Assembly (NCBI GenBank): GCA_963804125.1
Contig: CAWDPF010000012.1
Span: 11,732 to 75,731, forward strand
Source of the DNA: an uncultured Gemmatimonadales bacterium
GTDB taxonomy: Bacteria; Gemmatimonadota; Gemmatimonadetes; Gemmatimonadales; GWC2-71-9
DNA: 64,000 nt
Reading direction: 5' to 3'
The position numbers were made by a program, and so were the translations under genes. Under the pieces are notes generated by a model. The model saw nothing but the letters and a program-made list of their open reading frames with translations. It did no database searches and had not been told where the DNA came from. Positions 11,691 through 22,543 of this stretch are shown piece by piece. The number at the start of each line of letters is the position of its first letter. Position 1 is the first letter of the stretch.

Positions 11691-13271
11691 GACGGCTCGA
11701 TCTCGTGGTCGACGGCCTCGGGGCACTCGTCCACGGACGCGTGCGCCTGTGGCGCTACGACGGGCGCGTCCTCCGCCTGGCCGCCGGGGCCGATCCCGGG
11801 CATCGCGCCGGCGGTGCCGCGGACGGCCGGGCTCACGTCCACGCCCGGCGGCACCGTGTGGCTCGAGCCCGTGAGCGAGGTCGAGGGCTTCTGGCTCGAG
11901 GTCTCCGGTCCGGCCGAGGACGAGCTGCCCGCGGCGGCCGCGGCGCTGCTGCCGCTGGTCGGGGCGCTGCTGGAGGCGGAGCGGCAGCGCGCGTTCCTGA
12001 GCGAGGAGCTCACCAGCCGCTACGAGGAGATCGACCTCCTCTACGCGATCAGCGAGATCCTGGGGCAGACGGTGCAGCTCGAGGAGGCCACGCAGACGAT
12101 CGCCCGCGAGGTGAGCACGGTCGTCGGCGCGCGGCGGGCCTCGATCATGGTGTTCGACGAGGCGGCCGGCGTGCTCCGGACGGTGGCGGCCCGCGGGTTC
12201 GGCGTCGACGGCCTCACGCCGGTGTCGGTGGACGACGAGATGCTCGATCGCGGCCCGGGTCTACCGCGAGCGGCGGGTCGTGGCGTACGACCCGTCGCAA
12301 CCGGACGTCGTCGCCACCGATTGCGGCGAGCCGCGCGGCTATCGCGGGCAGGCGTTCCTGAGCGTGCCGATCTGCTACGGCGCGCCGGGCTCGCCGCTCC
12401 GCTGCGTGGGGGTGATCAACCTGACCGACCGCCTGGGCGGCGACCGGTTCACGCTGAGCGACCGGAAGCTGGTGACCGCGGTCGCCAACCAGATCGGCGC
12501 CGCGGTGGAGAACTCCCGCCTGGTGGCGCGCGACCGCACCCAGCAGCGGCTCCGCTACGAGCTCGAGCTGGCGCACGACCTCCAGCTCAAGCTGCTCCCG
12601 GCGCCCAGCGTGCTGCAGGGCGACGCCGAAGTGGCGGCGCGATGCCTGCCGGCCGACTCGGTCGGCGGCGACTTCTACACCTTCTCCCGGCTCGGCCGCG
12701 GCCGCGTGGGCATCATGCTGGGCGACGTGGCCTCGCACGGCTTCTCGGCGGCGCTGGTGATGGCGCTCGTGATGTCGGCGGCGGGCATCCACGCGGCGGC
12801 ATCGATCACGCCCGACGAGGCGCTGAGCGCGCTGCTCGACAGCCTCTCGACCGAGCTGGCGACCACGGAGATGTACTTCAGCGTCTTCTACGGCGTGCTC
12901 GATCCGCTCACCGGCCGGCTCTCCTACGCCAACGCGGGCCATCCGTATGCGTTTCGCGTCCCCCGGTTCGGCGAGCCCGAGCGGCTCGAGGCCACCGCGC
13001 CGCCGCTCGGGCTCGCGACGGCCGGCAAGCATTCAGCGGCGGCAGGTGCCGTGGTCGATCGATCACGACCTGCTGGTGCTCTGGACCGACGGCCTGGTGG
13101 ACGCGCGGAACGCCGACGGCGAGCCGTTCGGCGAGCAGCGGCTGCTGGCCGAGGTGCTGCCGGCTCCGGACCGAGTCGCCCGAGGTGATCGTCGAGGCGG
13201 TGCTGGCGGAGGCGGAGGCGTTCGGCTCGCAGCCAATCGACGACCGCACGCTGCTCGTCCTCCGGATCTAG
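11690..13271 (+). CDS. GAF + SpoIIE/PP2C phosphatase, RsbU-like (frameshifted, start uncertain)
   Basis: VGGDFY, GDVASHG, YANAGHP, WTDGL and DDRTLLV motifs. Confidence 0.88.
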
Positions 13272-13273
13272 CG

Positions 13274-14069
13274 GTGCCCCGGGCCAAGCGCCGGCTGGGG
13301 CAGCATTTTCTCACCGATCCCCGACTCCTCGGCCGCATCGCCGACGCCCTCGGCGCCGGCCCCGACGACACCGTGCTCGAGATCGGCCCCGGGCCCGGCG
13401 GGCTCACCGCCGCGCTCGCCGAGCGGGCCGGCCGGCTGGTGGCGATCGAGAAGGACGCGGACCTGGTGCCCGCGCTGCGCGCAGCGATTCCCGTCCGCCA
13501 CGATCGTCGAGGGCGATGCGCTCGAGACCGACTGGCCGGCGGTGGCCGGGCCGCGGTTCCTGGTCGCCGGCAACATTCCCTACAACATCACCTCGCCGCT
13601 GATCGACAAGGCGCTCGACCCGCCGCGACCGGTGCGCATCGTCTTCCTGGTCCAGAAGGAAGTGGCCGACCGGGTGACGGCCCGCGCGGGCGAGCCGGCC
13701 TACGGCGCGCTCAGCGTGGGCGTGCAGTCGGTCGCCCTGGCCGAGCGGCTCTTCACCGTGCCGGCCGGCGCCTTCCACCCGCGGCCGAAGGTCGATTCCG
13801 CCGTGCTCCGGCTGACGCCCCTCGCCGAGCCGCTGGTCGATCCGGCGGAGCAGTGGAGCTTCCGCCGGCTGGTGGTGGGGCTGTTCGGCTTTCGGCGGAA
13901 GCAGATCGCGCGCGGGCTCCGTGAGCTGACGGGGTGGGAGCCGGCACGAGTGGGCGAAGTGCTTGACCGGATCGGCGTGCCGCCGGCGTCGCGACCCGAG
14001 GTGGTGGCGCCCGCGACGTTCGCCGCGCTGCATCGCGCGCTCGTTGACGGAGGGTGGACGGCGCGGTAG
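13274..14069 (+). CDS. rsmA: 16S rRNA dimethyladenosine transferase KsgA (frameshift near 13490)
   Basis: KRRLGQHFL, LEIGPGPG, GNIPYNIT, FHPRPKVDS. Confidence 0.94.
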
Positions 14070-14070
14070 C

Positions 14071-14090
14071 TTTGTGAAATGTTTCACAAA
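14071..14090. promoter_or_regulatory. Rex operator
   Basis: TTTGTGAAATGTTTCACAAA matches TTGTGAA-N4-TTCACAA, 10 bp upstream of rex. Confidence 0.9.
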
Positions 14091-14100
14091 AATGCCGGCC

Positions 14101-14721
14101 ATGCGTAAAGTCGCGGAGTCCACCGTTCGGCGGCTCTCGCTCTACCTGCGCTTTCTCGAGGAATTCGAGGGGCAGGGGGTGGAGACGGTCAGCTCCGGCG
14201 CCCTGGCGTCACGCGGGGGCACGACGTCGGCGCAGGTGCGGAAGGACCTCTCGTTCTTCGGCTCGTTCGGCAAGCGGGGGCTCGGCTATCCGGTGCCCGA
14301 GCTGGCCGACCGGCTCCGGGAGATCCTCGGGCTCAAGCAGCGCTACCAGGTGGGCATGATCGGCGCGGGCAAGATCGGAAGCGCCCTGGTGCAGTATCGC
14401 GGCTTCAAGCAGCGCGGCTTCGACATCGTGGCCATCTTCGACAGCGACCCGGCCAAGATCGGCAAGCAGTGGAACGGGCTCACCATCCAGGACATCGCCA
14501 CGCTCGAGGCCGAATTCGCCCGCCGCCCGCTCGGCATGGCGGTGCTGGTGACCCCGGCCGACGCGGCGCAGCCGGTGACCGACCGGCTGGTGGCGCTCGG
14601 CGTCAAGGCGGTGCTCAACTTCGCGCCGGTGCAGCTGGTGGTGCCGGACGACGTGGTGGTGAAGACGGTGAATCTGGCGCTGGAGCTCGAGACGCTCAGC
14701 TACGCGCTGGCGAATCGGTAG
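14101..14721 (+). CDS. rex: Redox-sensing transcriptional repressor Rex
   Basis: RRLSLYLR, QVRKDLSFFG, GAGKIGSAL, LNFAP. Confidence 0.96.
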   Translation: MRKVAESTVRRLSLYLRFLEEFEGQGVETVSSGALASRGGTTSAQVRKDLSFFGSFGKRGLGYPVPELADRLREILGLKQRYQVGMIGAGKIGSALVQYRGFKQRGFDIVAIFDSDPAKIGKQWNGLTIQDIATLEAEFARRPLGMAVLVTPADAAQPVTDRLVALGVKAVLNFAPVQLVVPDDVVVKTVNLALELETLSYALANR

Positions 14722-14753
14722 TGTGGGAAGGTACGTCGTCGAGCGGAACCCTT

Positions 14754-14821
14754 CGTCATCCTGAGCGAAGCGAAGGAGCCATGCTTCCGGTGTTGGCTCC
14801 TTCGCTTCGCTCAGGATGACG
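14754..14821. repeat. REP-like palindrome
   Basis: cgtcatcctgagcgaagcgaaggagcc...ggctccttcgcttcgctcaggatgacg. Confidence 0.9.
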
Positions 14822-14866
14822 GCCCTTTTTCTGCCCAGCCCCCTATCAGCCCACACCGAGGCCCAT

Positions 14867-16583
14867 GTGCGTCTCCCGCTTCTCGCCTCCGCCTCAGCCG
14901 ACGTCGTCCTCACGCTCTGTCTCATCCTCACGCCCGTCTCCCTCCGCGCCCAGACCGACTCCTTCGACGTCGTCATCCGCCACGGCCGCATCATCGACGG
15001 CACCGGCTCGCCCTGGTACGCGGGCGACATCGGCATCCGGGCCGGGCGGATCGCCGCGATCGGCCGGCTGGACAGCGTGGCCGCCCGGCAGACCATCGAC
15101 GCCGCCGGCCAGGTCGTCGCCCCGGGCTTCATCGACATGCTGGGCCAGTCGGAGCTGACGCTGCTCGTCGCGCCCAGCCTGCCGTCCAAGATCTTCCAGG
15201 GCATCACCACCGAGATCAGCGGCGAGGGCGGCTCGGCGGGGCCGCTCAACGACTCGATCATCGCCGCCGACCGTCCGGACTACGACCACTACAAGGTGAC
15301 GCCCGACTGGCGCACGCTCGGCGAGTACTTCGCCCGGCTCGAGAAGCAGGGGATCGGGATCAACTTCGCGAGCTACGTCGGCGCCACCCAGGTGCGCCGC
15401 ATGGTCCTGGGCGACGGCGACCGGACGCCCACGGCGGAGGAGCTCGATCGGATGAAGGCGCTCGTCCGCGACGCCATGCGGGAGGGCGCGGTCGGCGTCT
15501 CGACCTCGCTTCAGTATCCACCCGCGCCCTATGCCCACACCGATGAGCTCGTCGCGCTGGCCAGCCGAGGCCTCGGCGCTCGGGGGCATGTACGCGACGC
15601 ACATGCGCTCGGAGGGCGCCGACATCGACGCCGCGCTGGACGAGGCGATCACGATCGGCCGCGAGGCGCGGATCCCGGTGGAGATCTGGCATCTCAAGGT
15701 GGCCGGCAAGCGCAACTGGGGCCGCATGCCGCAGGTGATCGCCAAGATCGACTCGGCGCGCCGCGCCGGCGTGGACATCGCGGCCGACACATACGCCTAT
15801 CCGGCCTGGTTCAACTCGATGTCGGCCTTCGTGCCGCCCTGGGCGCACGACGGCGGCGACGTCAAGCTGGTCGAGCGGCTGCGGGACCCCGCGGCCAGGC
15901 GCCGCATCCGCCGGGACATGCTGAACCCCAAGGGGACCTGGGACAACGAGTGGCAGGAGATTCCGGGCCCGTCGTCGGTGCTGATCGGCGTGGTCCAGAA
16001 CCCGGCGCTGAAGGAATACCAGGGAAAGACGCTGGCGCAGGTGGCGGCGCTCCGCCATACGGACGCGATCGACGCGCTGCTCGACGTCCTGGCCGAGGAC
16101 AAGGCCTACACCTACGTGGCGGTGTTCGGGATGGCGGAGTCGGACATCACGCTCGCGCTCCGGCAGCCGTGGGTCTCGATCAACAACGACTCCCAGGGCA
16201 CCACGCCCGACGGGCCGCTGGGCCAGGAGCACCCGCACCCGCGAGCGTACGGCACCTTTCCGCGGATCCTGCGGAAGTACGTGCGCGAGGAGCGACGACT
16301 CACGCTGGAGGACGCGATCCGGAAGTTCACCTCCCTCCCGGCGCAGCGGATGCGCCTCGGCGACCGTGGCGTGCTCAAGGTGGGGATGTGGGCGGACGTG
16401 GTCGTGTTCGACCCCGCGAAGGTGCGCGACCGGGCGACCTTCGCGGAGCCGAACCAGCTGTCGGAGGGGATGCAGTGGGTGCTGGTGAACGGCGTGCCGG
16501 TGATCGCGGACGGCCGGGCGACGGGGGCGCTGCCGGGGCGGGTGCTGCGGGGGGCGGGGTGGAGGGGGGCGGCTAGTCATTAG
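14867..16583 (+). CDS. N-acyl-D-amino-acid deacylase family amidohydrolase, probably secreted (frameshift near 15565)
   Basis: DVVIRHGRIIDGTG, APGFID, HPRAYGTFPR, GMWADVVVFD. Confidence 0.88.
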
Positions 16584-16611
16584 CCCGAACCGGCATCCCG
16601 AAGCCCGAAGC

Positions 16612-16695
16612 CGTCATCCCGAGCGAAGCGAGGGACCTCCTCGGGCCGAGTTCGAACCCCGTGTGAGTAGGTCCCTCGCTTCGCTCGGGATGACG
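16612..16695. repeat. REP-like palindrome
   Basis: cgtcatcccgagcgaagcgagggacct...aggtccctcgcttcgctcgggatgacg. Confidence 0.88.
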
Positions 16696-16766
16696 AACAT
16701 TCGACGAACGCCTATGGCCCCTCCATCCCCCTAGCCCCACCCGCGCCGACCCCGATAGTTTCCCGT

Positions 16767-17996
16767 ATGCCCGTCGACGTCACCTCCGAAATCGGCCAGC
16801 TCGAGACCGTGCTGGTGCACACGCCCGGCCCCGAGCTGCTGGCGGTGACGCCCGGGAACCGCGAAGACTACCTCTACGACGACATCATCGACCTCGAGAT
16901 CGCCCAGCGCGAGCACCGGCAGTTCGTCTCCGTGCTTCGGCGGTTCGCGCGCGTGTTCCAGGTGCGCGAGCTGCTCGCCGAGATCCTGGCCCAGCCCGCG
17001 GCCCGCGAGTTCCTGATCACCAAGACGATGGACGTGGTCGCGTCGGACGAGCTGACCCAGCGGCTCGGCACGCTGCCGCCGGCCCAGATCGTCGAGATGC
17101 TGATCGAGGGTACCCGCGAGGAGACCGGCCCGATCGCGCGGGCGCTCAACGAGGAAGGGTTCGCCTTTCCGCCGCTGCCCAACCTCTTCTTCCCCCGGGA
17201 CATCGGCATCGTGCTCGGCCGGCGGGTCGTGGTCGGCTCGATGCGCTACGACGTCCGCTGGACCGAAGAGCTGCTCATCAAGGCGCTGTTCACCTTTCAT
17301 CCCGAGCTCGCCAACGAGGGCCTGCTGTACGACGGGTCGGAGGAGCGCCGGAGCAACTACAGCCTCGAAGGCGGCGACGTGCACTACCTCCGCCCCGACC
17401 TGCTGGTGGTGGGGTTCAGCGAGCGGAGCTCGCCCGCGGCGCTCGACGAGCTGTGCGACACGATGTTCGCCCAGGGCACCGTGACCGACGTCATCGTGGT
17501 CGTGATGCCCAAGGCGCCCACCGCGATCCACCTCGACATGATCTTCACCCAGGTGGACCGCGATCTCTGCGTGATCTATCCGCCGTACTTCGTGGGTCCC
17601 GAGCGGCTGGCCGTGCTGCACCGGCGGAAGGGTGAAGCGGGCGTGCACGAGCGGGCCGGCTTCTTCGAGGCTCTCCGCGAGGTCGGGCTGCCGATGGACG
17701 CGATCTTCGCCGGCGGGCAGCACCGCACCAGCCAGGAGCGCGAGCAGTGGAGCTCGGCATGCAACTTCCTGGCGATGCGGCCCGGCACCATCCTCAGCTA
17801 CCGGCGGAACGATCAGACCCTGTGCGAGCTCCAGGGGGCGGGCTTCCGGATCGTGCCGGCCGTCAACTTCCTGGCCTTCGACGACTGGACCGACGCCAAG
17901 CACCGCACCGTGATCACCGTCGACGGCGCCGAGCTGGCCCGGGGCGGCGGCGGGCCGCGCTGCATGTCGCTGCCGCTCCGGCGGGCCCCGCTGTGA
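16767..17996 (+). CDS. arcA: Arginine deiminase family protein
   Basis: SEIGQL, PLPNLFFPRD, LEGGD, IHLD, GGGPRCMS catalytic motifs. Confidence 0.85.
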   Translation: MPVDVTSEIGQLETVLVHTPGPELLAVTPGNREDYLYDDIIDLEIAQREHRQFVSVLRRFARVFQVRELLAEILAQPAAREFLITKTMDVVASDELTQRLGTLPPAQIVEMLIEGTREETGPIARALNEEGFAFPPLPNLFFPRDIGIVLGRRVVVGSMRYDVRWTEELLIKALFTFHPELANEGLLYDGSEERRSNYSLEGGDVHYLRPDLLVVGFSERSSPAALDELCDTMFAQGTVTDVIVVVMPKAPTAIHLDMIFTQVDRDLCVIYPPYFVGPERLAVLHRRKGEAGVHERAGFFEALREVGLPMDAIFAGGQHRTSQEREQWSSACNFLAMRPGTILSYRRNDQTLCELQGAGFRIVPAVNFLAFDDWTDAKHRTVITVDGAELARGGGGPRCMSLPLRRAPL

Positions 17997-18870
17997 TGGG
18001 GCTCTCGGCCCATCCGGAAAGCACGCTGCTCGACCGGGTGCTCGCGGTGCTGAGAGACGGTCCGCGACCGGCCGGGACGCTGTGCAACGGCGTGATCGGC
18101 CTGGCCGGGGCGTCGGACGCGGTGTGCGAGCGGATCGCGATCGCGCTGCTCGGCGCCGACCCCAGGGTCCGCCAGCTCACCGATGGGCGCTGGGGTCTGG
18201 TGCCGGAGGCGCAGGGGTCGCCGCTGCTGGACGACTGCGCCTTCGCGGTGGTCGACGTCGAGACGACGGGCATGCGGGCCGGCGGCGGCGACCGCATCAC
18301 CGAGATCGCGGTGGTGGTGGTGCACGGCGGCCGGCGCGAGGTGGTCGTCGACTCGCTGGTCAATCCGGGCCGTCCGATCCCGCCGGCGATCTGCGCCATC
18401 ACCAACATCACCAATGCCATGGTGCGGGACGCGCCGACCTTCGCCGAGGTGGTGGACCAGGTCGTGGCCGCGCTTGGCCGGCCGGGTGTTCGTGGCGCAC
18501 AACGCGCGGTTCGACTGGGGGTTCGTGAGCGCCGAGGTGCGGCGGGCGCGCGACCTGGCGCTCGACGGCCCGCAGCTCTGCACGGTGCGGCTGGCCCGCC
18601 GCCTGGTGAAGGGGGTCCGCTCGTGCGGGCTCGACAACCTGACGCAGCACTTCGGCTTCGACAACCCGGCCCGGCACCGCGCCGCCGGAGACGCGCTGGT
18701 CACCGCGGACCTGCTGGCCCGGCTGCTGTGGCTGGCCCGGGAAGAGGGCGCGCACACGCTGCAGGACCTGAGCGCGATCGCGCTCCGGCCGAGGAGGCGG
18801 GTCCCCGCGGAAGCGGCTGGCCATGCCGACCGAGCCGAGGGCGGACTCGCTCCCGGAACAGGCGGGGTAA
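17996..18870 (+). CDS. DEDDh 3'-5' exonuclease (DnaQ-like; frameshifted)
   Basis: VVDVETTG, FVAHNARFD, HRAAGDA. Confidence 0.87.
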
Positions 18871-18877
18871 GGGCGAC

Positions 18878-19795
18878 ATGTCGCTCGCGCAGACGTTTCG
18901 GATCGGTGGCCTTCGCTGCCACACCCTGGAGGGCGGTCTCCAGCGCCTCGACGGCGGCGCCATGTTCGGCGTGGTGCCGCGGACGCTCTGGAGCACGCGC
19001 GTGGCGCCCGACGAGCGCCACCGCATTCCGCTCGCCATGCGCTGCCTGCTGGTCGAGCACCCCGACGGCCTGGTGCTCATCGACACCGCGCTCGGCAACA
19101 AGGAGGAGCGGAAGTTCCTCGACATCTACGGGGTCGAGAACGCCGGGCTGGAGGGCGCCACCCAGCTCGAGGACGCGCTCGCGGCCGCCGGCTTCCTCCC
19201 GGCCGACGTCCGGTGGGTCATCAACACCCACCTGCACTTCGACCACGCGGGCGGCAACACCACGCTGGATCCCGAGCTGGAAAACGATCCGCGCCGGCAC
19301 GTCCGCCCGACCTTCCCCAACGCCACCTACGTGGTCCAGCGCGGCGACCTCGAGTTCGCGCGCCACACCAACGAGCGCACGCGGGCGAGCTATCTGCCTC
19401 ACAACTTCGAGCCGATCGCGGCGGCGGGCCGCTGGCGGCTGCTCGAGGGCGACGGCGAGGTGCTGCCGGGCATCTCGGTGCGCCTCACCCCGGGCCACGT
19501 GCCCTGGCACCAGGCGGTGCTGGTCCAGGACCGGGGCGAGACGGCCGCCTTCATCGCCGATCTGATCCCGACGGTCGCCCACCTGCCGCTGCCCTGGATC
19601 ATGGGGTACGACCTCGAGCCGCTTCGGACGCTCGAGAGCAAGCGGGCGCTGCTCCGGGACGCGGCGGAAGGCGGGTGGCGGGTGGTGTTCGAGCACGACC
19701 CCGGGATCGCGAGCGGGGTGCTGGTGGCGGAGGGGAAGGGGTTCGGGCTGCGGGAGGTGGCGGCGGCGGGGGTGCCCGCGGCCGTGTCATCCTGA
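18878..19795 (+). CDS. MBL-fold metallo-hydrolase
   Basis: LDGGAMFGVVP, THLHFDHAGG, TPGH, FEHD. Confidence 0.92.
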   Translation: MSLAQTFRIGGLRCHTLEGGLQRLDGGAMFGVVPRTLWSTRVAPDERHRIPLAMRCLLVEHPDGLVLIDTALGNKEERKFLDIYGVENAGLEGATQLEDALAAAGFLPADVRWVINTHLHFDHAGGNTTLDPELENDPRRHVRPTFPNATYVVQRGDLEFARHTNERTRASYLPHNFEPIAAAGRWRLLEGDGEVLPGISVRLTPGHVPWHQAVLVQDRGETAAFIADLIPTVAHLPLPWIMGYDLEPLRTLESKRALLRDAAEGGWRVVFEHDPGIASGVLVAEGKGFGLREVAAAGVPAAVSS

Positions 19796-19887
19796 GCGGG
19801 CCGTGTCATCCTGAGCGGAGCGAAGGAGGCATCACCTGATGCATGGCTCCTTCGCTGCGCTCAGGATGACGAGCTCGTCAGGATGAC
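19786..19887. repeat. REP-like palindrome with duplicated arm fragments
   Basis: gtcatcctgagcg occurs twice on the left and tcaggatgac twice on the right; the first copy supplies the TGA of the MBL gene. Confidence 0.85.
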
Positions 19888-19896
19888 GATGCGCCG

Positions 19897-19925
19897 TTGA
19901 CACTTACCCCTCCCTCCGCTAGCTT
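19897..19925 (+). promoter_or_regulatory. Sigma70-type promoter for infC-rpmI-rplT
   Basis: TTGACA, 17 bp spacer, TAGCTT. Confidence 0.7.
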
Positions 19926-19931
19926 GCCCAC

Positions 19932-20092
19932 CTCGTAGAAGCGGGGAGGAGACTCCCCCACCCTCAGCCTGCCGGCCCCGGTGCCGCAGCGCACCCGGGT
20001 CCCGGTATCGCCGCCGATGGCGGGCCAACTGGCCGCCGCGGCTCATGGCATCGCGGGCACCCGGTCGTTCGAGAGGGTGCCCGTTTTCTTTT
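19932..20092 (+). ncRNA. Structured infC 5' leader (L20-leader-like) ending in an intrinsic terminator-like hairpin
   Basis: AGAAGCGGGGAGAGACTCCCC start; CGGGCACCC/GGGTGCCCG stem followed by TTTTCTTTT; lies upstream of infC-rpmI-rplT. Confidence 0.5.
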
Positions 20093-20112
20093 GGCCCAGG
20101 GAGGCACGCCCA

Positions 20113-20634
20113 CTGTCCACGAACGACCGCGACAAGCGAGTCCGCGTCAATCGCATGATCCGCATCAGCCCGGTGCGGGTGATCACGGGCGATGGCGAGC
20201 AATTGGGAGTCCTGCCCATCGAAGAAGCGCTCGCCGCGGCGCTGGAACGCGGGCTGGACCTCGTGGAAGTGGCGCCGACGGCGCGCCCGCCCGTCGTCAA
20301 GATCATGGACTACGGGAAGTTCAAGTTCGAAGAGGCCAAGGCGGCGCGCGCGGCCAAGAAGAAGCAGCACATCATCCAGCTCAAGGAAGTGAAGTACCGT
20401 CCCGGCATCGACGACCACGACTTCGACTTCAAGACCCGCCACGCGCGGGAATTCCTCGGAGACGGGAACAAGGTGAAGGTGACGATGATGTTCCGCGGGC
20501 GGCAGATCGCCCACCTCGAGCTGGGCAGGGCCGTGCTGGACCGCGTGGCCGCGAGCCTGGCCGACGTCGGGAAGATCGAGGCCGACGCGAAGCTCGAAGG
20601 GCGCAACATGACGATGGTCCTCGCCCCCAAGTAG
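20113..20634 (+). CDS. infC: Translation initiation factor IF-3 (probable CTG start)
   Basis: RVNRMI, LDLVEVAP, IMDYGKFKFE, DHDFDFK; GGAGG 8 nt before in-frame CTG. Confidence 0.95.
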   Translation: MSTNDRDKRVRVNRMIRISPVRVITGDGEQLGVLPIEEALAAALERGLDLVEVAPTARPPVVKIMDYGKFKFEEAKAARAAKKKQHIIQLKEVKYRPGIDDHDFDFKTRHAREFLGDGNKVKVTMMFRGRQIAHLELGRAVLDRVAASLADVGKIEADAKLEGRNMTMVLAPK

Positions 20635-20692
20635 GACGGAGACGACGGAGTAGACGGAGAGACTGGCTCTCCGTCGCCACCATGGGAGTACC

Positions 20693-20887
20693 ATGCCGAA
20701 GCAGAAGACGAAGCGCGCCGCAATGAAGCGCTTCAAAAAGACCGGGACTGGGAAGCTCAAGCGTTGGCATGCCAACCACACCCACATCCTGACCAAGAAG
20801 ACGCGCAAGCGGAAGAACCGGCTCAAGAAGGGCGACCTCGTGAGCTCGGCCGATTTCCCGCGCGTCAGCCGCCTCCTCCAGGCCTAA
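20693..20887 (+). CDS. rpmI: 50S ribosomal protein L35
   Basis: [21 protein letters not shown]. Confidence 0.97.
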   Translation: MPKQKTKRAAMKRFKKTGTGKLKRWHANHTHILTKKTRKRKNRLKKGDLVSSADFPRVSRLLQA

Positions 20888-20896
20888 GGAGCCACC

Positions 20897-21250
20897 ATGC
20901 CTCGCGTCAAGAATGGTGTGGCCCACCACGCCCGGAAAAAGAAGATCATGGAGGCCGCCAAGGGTGCGCGCGGCGGCCGGAGCAAGCTGTACAAGGCGGC
21001 CAAGGAGACGGCCGAGCGCGCCATGCGGTACGCGTACCGCGACCGGCGCAAGAAGAAGGGCGAGTTCCGCGCGCTCTGGATCACGCGCATCAACGCGGCA
21101 GCCCGCATCCACGGCCTGAGCTACAGCCGGCTCGTGGCGGGGCTCAAGAAGGGCGGCGTCGAGATCAACCGCAAGGTGCTCGCCGACCTCGCCGTGCGGG
21201 ACGCGGACGCCTTCGGCCGGCTGGCCGAGGTGGCCAAGAACAACCAGTAG
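20897..21250 (+). CDS. rplT: 50S ribosomal protein L20
   Basis: MPRVK...YAYRDRR...LWITRINAA. Confidence 0.97.
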   Translation: MPRVKNGVAHHARKKKIMEAAKGARGGRSKLYKAAKETAERAMRYAYRDRRKKKGEFRALWITRINAAARIHGLSYSRLVAGLKKGGVEINRKVLADLAVRDADAFGRLAEVAKNNQ

Positions 21251-21274
21251 CGTCGCCGGCACCCGATTCATGCC

Positions 21275-21311
21275 CAATGGGGCCGTTCGCGCTCGGCGGG
21301 CGGCCCCATTG
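21275..21311 (+). terminator. Hairpin after rplT
   Basis: caatggggccg...cggccccattg inverted repeat; no strong U-tract. Confidence 0.45.
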
Positions 21312-21328
21312 ATTACCCCGGCCATCTG

Positions 21329-22411
21329 ATGAGCGAACCCACCGGCTACCCCGATCTCGACGCGCTCCTCCCGCGACTGGACGCCGTCCCGATGCTCGCG
21401 GCCGACGCGCTCGACGCCGAGCGCACCGCGGTGCTGGGCCGGAAGAGCGGCGTGCTCACCGCGGCGCTCCGGACGCTCGCGTCGCGGCCGGTCGAGGAGC
21501 GCAAGCGCTACGGCGCCGCGCTCAACCGGCTCAAGGAGCGGTTCGAGGCGGCGTTCGATGCGCGGGTGGAGGCGCTCGAGGCCGAGCGGCGCCGGCGCGA
21601 GGGCACCGGCATCGACCTCACGATGCCGGGCCGCCGCCACTGGGTCGGGGCGGAGCACCCGGTGACGAAGGTGGTGGACGAGATCGTCGGGATCTTCCGC
21701 GAGCTCGGCTTCGCCGTGGCCACCGGCCCCGAGGTCGAGACCGAGTGGTACAACTTCCTCGCGCTCAACTTCCCGGCCGACCATCCGGCGATGGACATGC
21801 ACGACACGCTCTACCTCGACGCGCCGCCGGCCGAGGGCGAGCCGGCGGGGCGGCTGCTGCTCCGGACGCACACCTCGCCGGTGCAGATCCGGACGATGCT
21901 GGCGGCGCCGCCGCCGGTGCGGGTGGTGATCCCCGGCATGGTCTACCGCAACGACGCCATGGACGCCTCGCACCTGCCGGCCTTCTCGCAGATCGAGGGG
22001 CTCGCGGTGGACGAGGGGATCTCGTTCGTGGATCTCAAGGCGACGCTCACCCACTTCGCCCACCGGTTCTTCTCGCCCGCGACGAAGACGCGGTTCCGGC
22101 CGTCGTTCTTCCCCTTCACCGAGCCGTCCGCCGAGATGGACGTCGAGTGCCAGCTCTGCCACGGGAGCGGCTGTCCGGCGTGCAAGGGAACGGGCTGGAT
22201 GGAGATCCTCGGCTGCGGGATGGTGCACGAGGCGGTGCTCGAGAACGTGCATCTCGATCCGGAGCGCTATACCGGGTGGGCCTTCGGGATGGGGCCGCAC
22301 CGGATCGCGCTGCTGCGCTACGGCGTGCCGGATATCCGGCTGCTGCTGGGTGGAGACATGCGGTTTCTGGAGGCGGTCGGACGGCCGGGGGTGGCGGGGG
22401 GTGGGGAATGA
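21329..22411 (+). CDS. pheS: Phenylalanine-tRNA ligase alpha subunit
   Basis: LLRTHTSPVQ, FRPSFFPFTEPS, GWAFGMG. Confidence 0.97.
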   Translation: MSEPTGYPDLDALLPRLDAVPMLAADALDAERTAVLGRKSGVLTAALRTLASRPVEERKRYGAALNRLKERFEAAFDARVEALEAERRRREGTGIDLTMPGRRHWVGAEHPVTKVVDEIVGIFRELGFAVATGPEVETEWYNFLALNFPADHPAMDMHDTLYLDAPPAEGEPAGRLLLRTHTSPVQIRTMLAAPPPVRVVIPGMVYRNDAMDASHLPAFSQIEGLAVDEGISFVDLKATLTHFAHRFFSPATKTRFRPSFFPFTEPSAEMDVECQLCHGSGCPACKGTGWMEILGCGMVHEAVLENVHLDPERYTGWAFGMGPHRIALLRYGVPDIRLLLGGDMRFLEAVGRPGVAGGGE

Positions 22412-22435
22412 GCGTGATACGGACGTCCTGCATCC

Positions 22436-22503
22436 CGTCATCCTGAGCGAAGCGAAGGAGCCATGGCCCTGGGCAGTGGCTCCGAGCGCTCGATCAGGGT
22501 GCC
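22436..22503. repeat. REP-like element with degenerate right arm, between pheS and pheT
   Basis: cgtcatcctgagcgaagcgaaggagcca left arm intact. Confidence 0.7.
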
Positions 22504-22543
22504 TCGGCTCGACATCGCTCCGCTCGGAGAGCGAGCGCATGCG

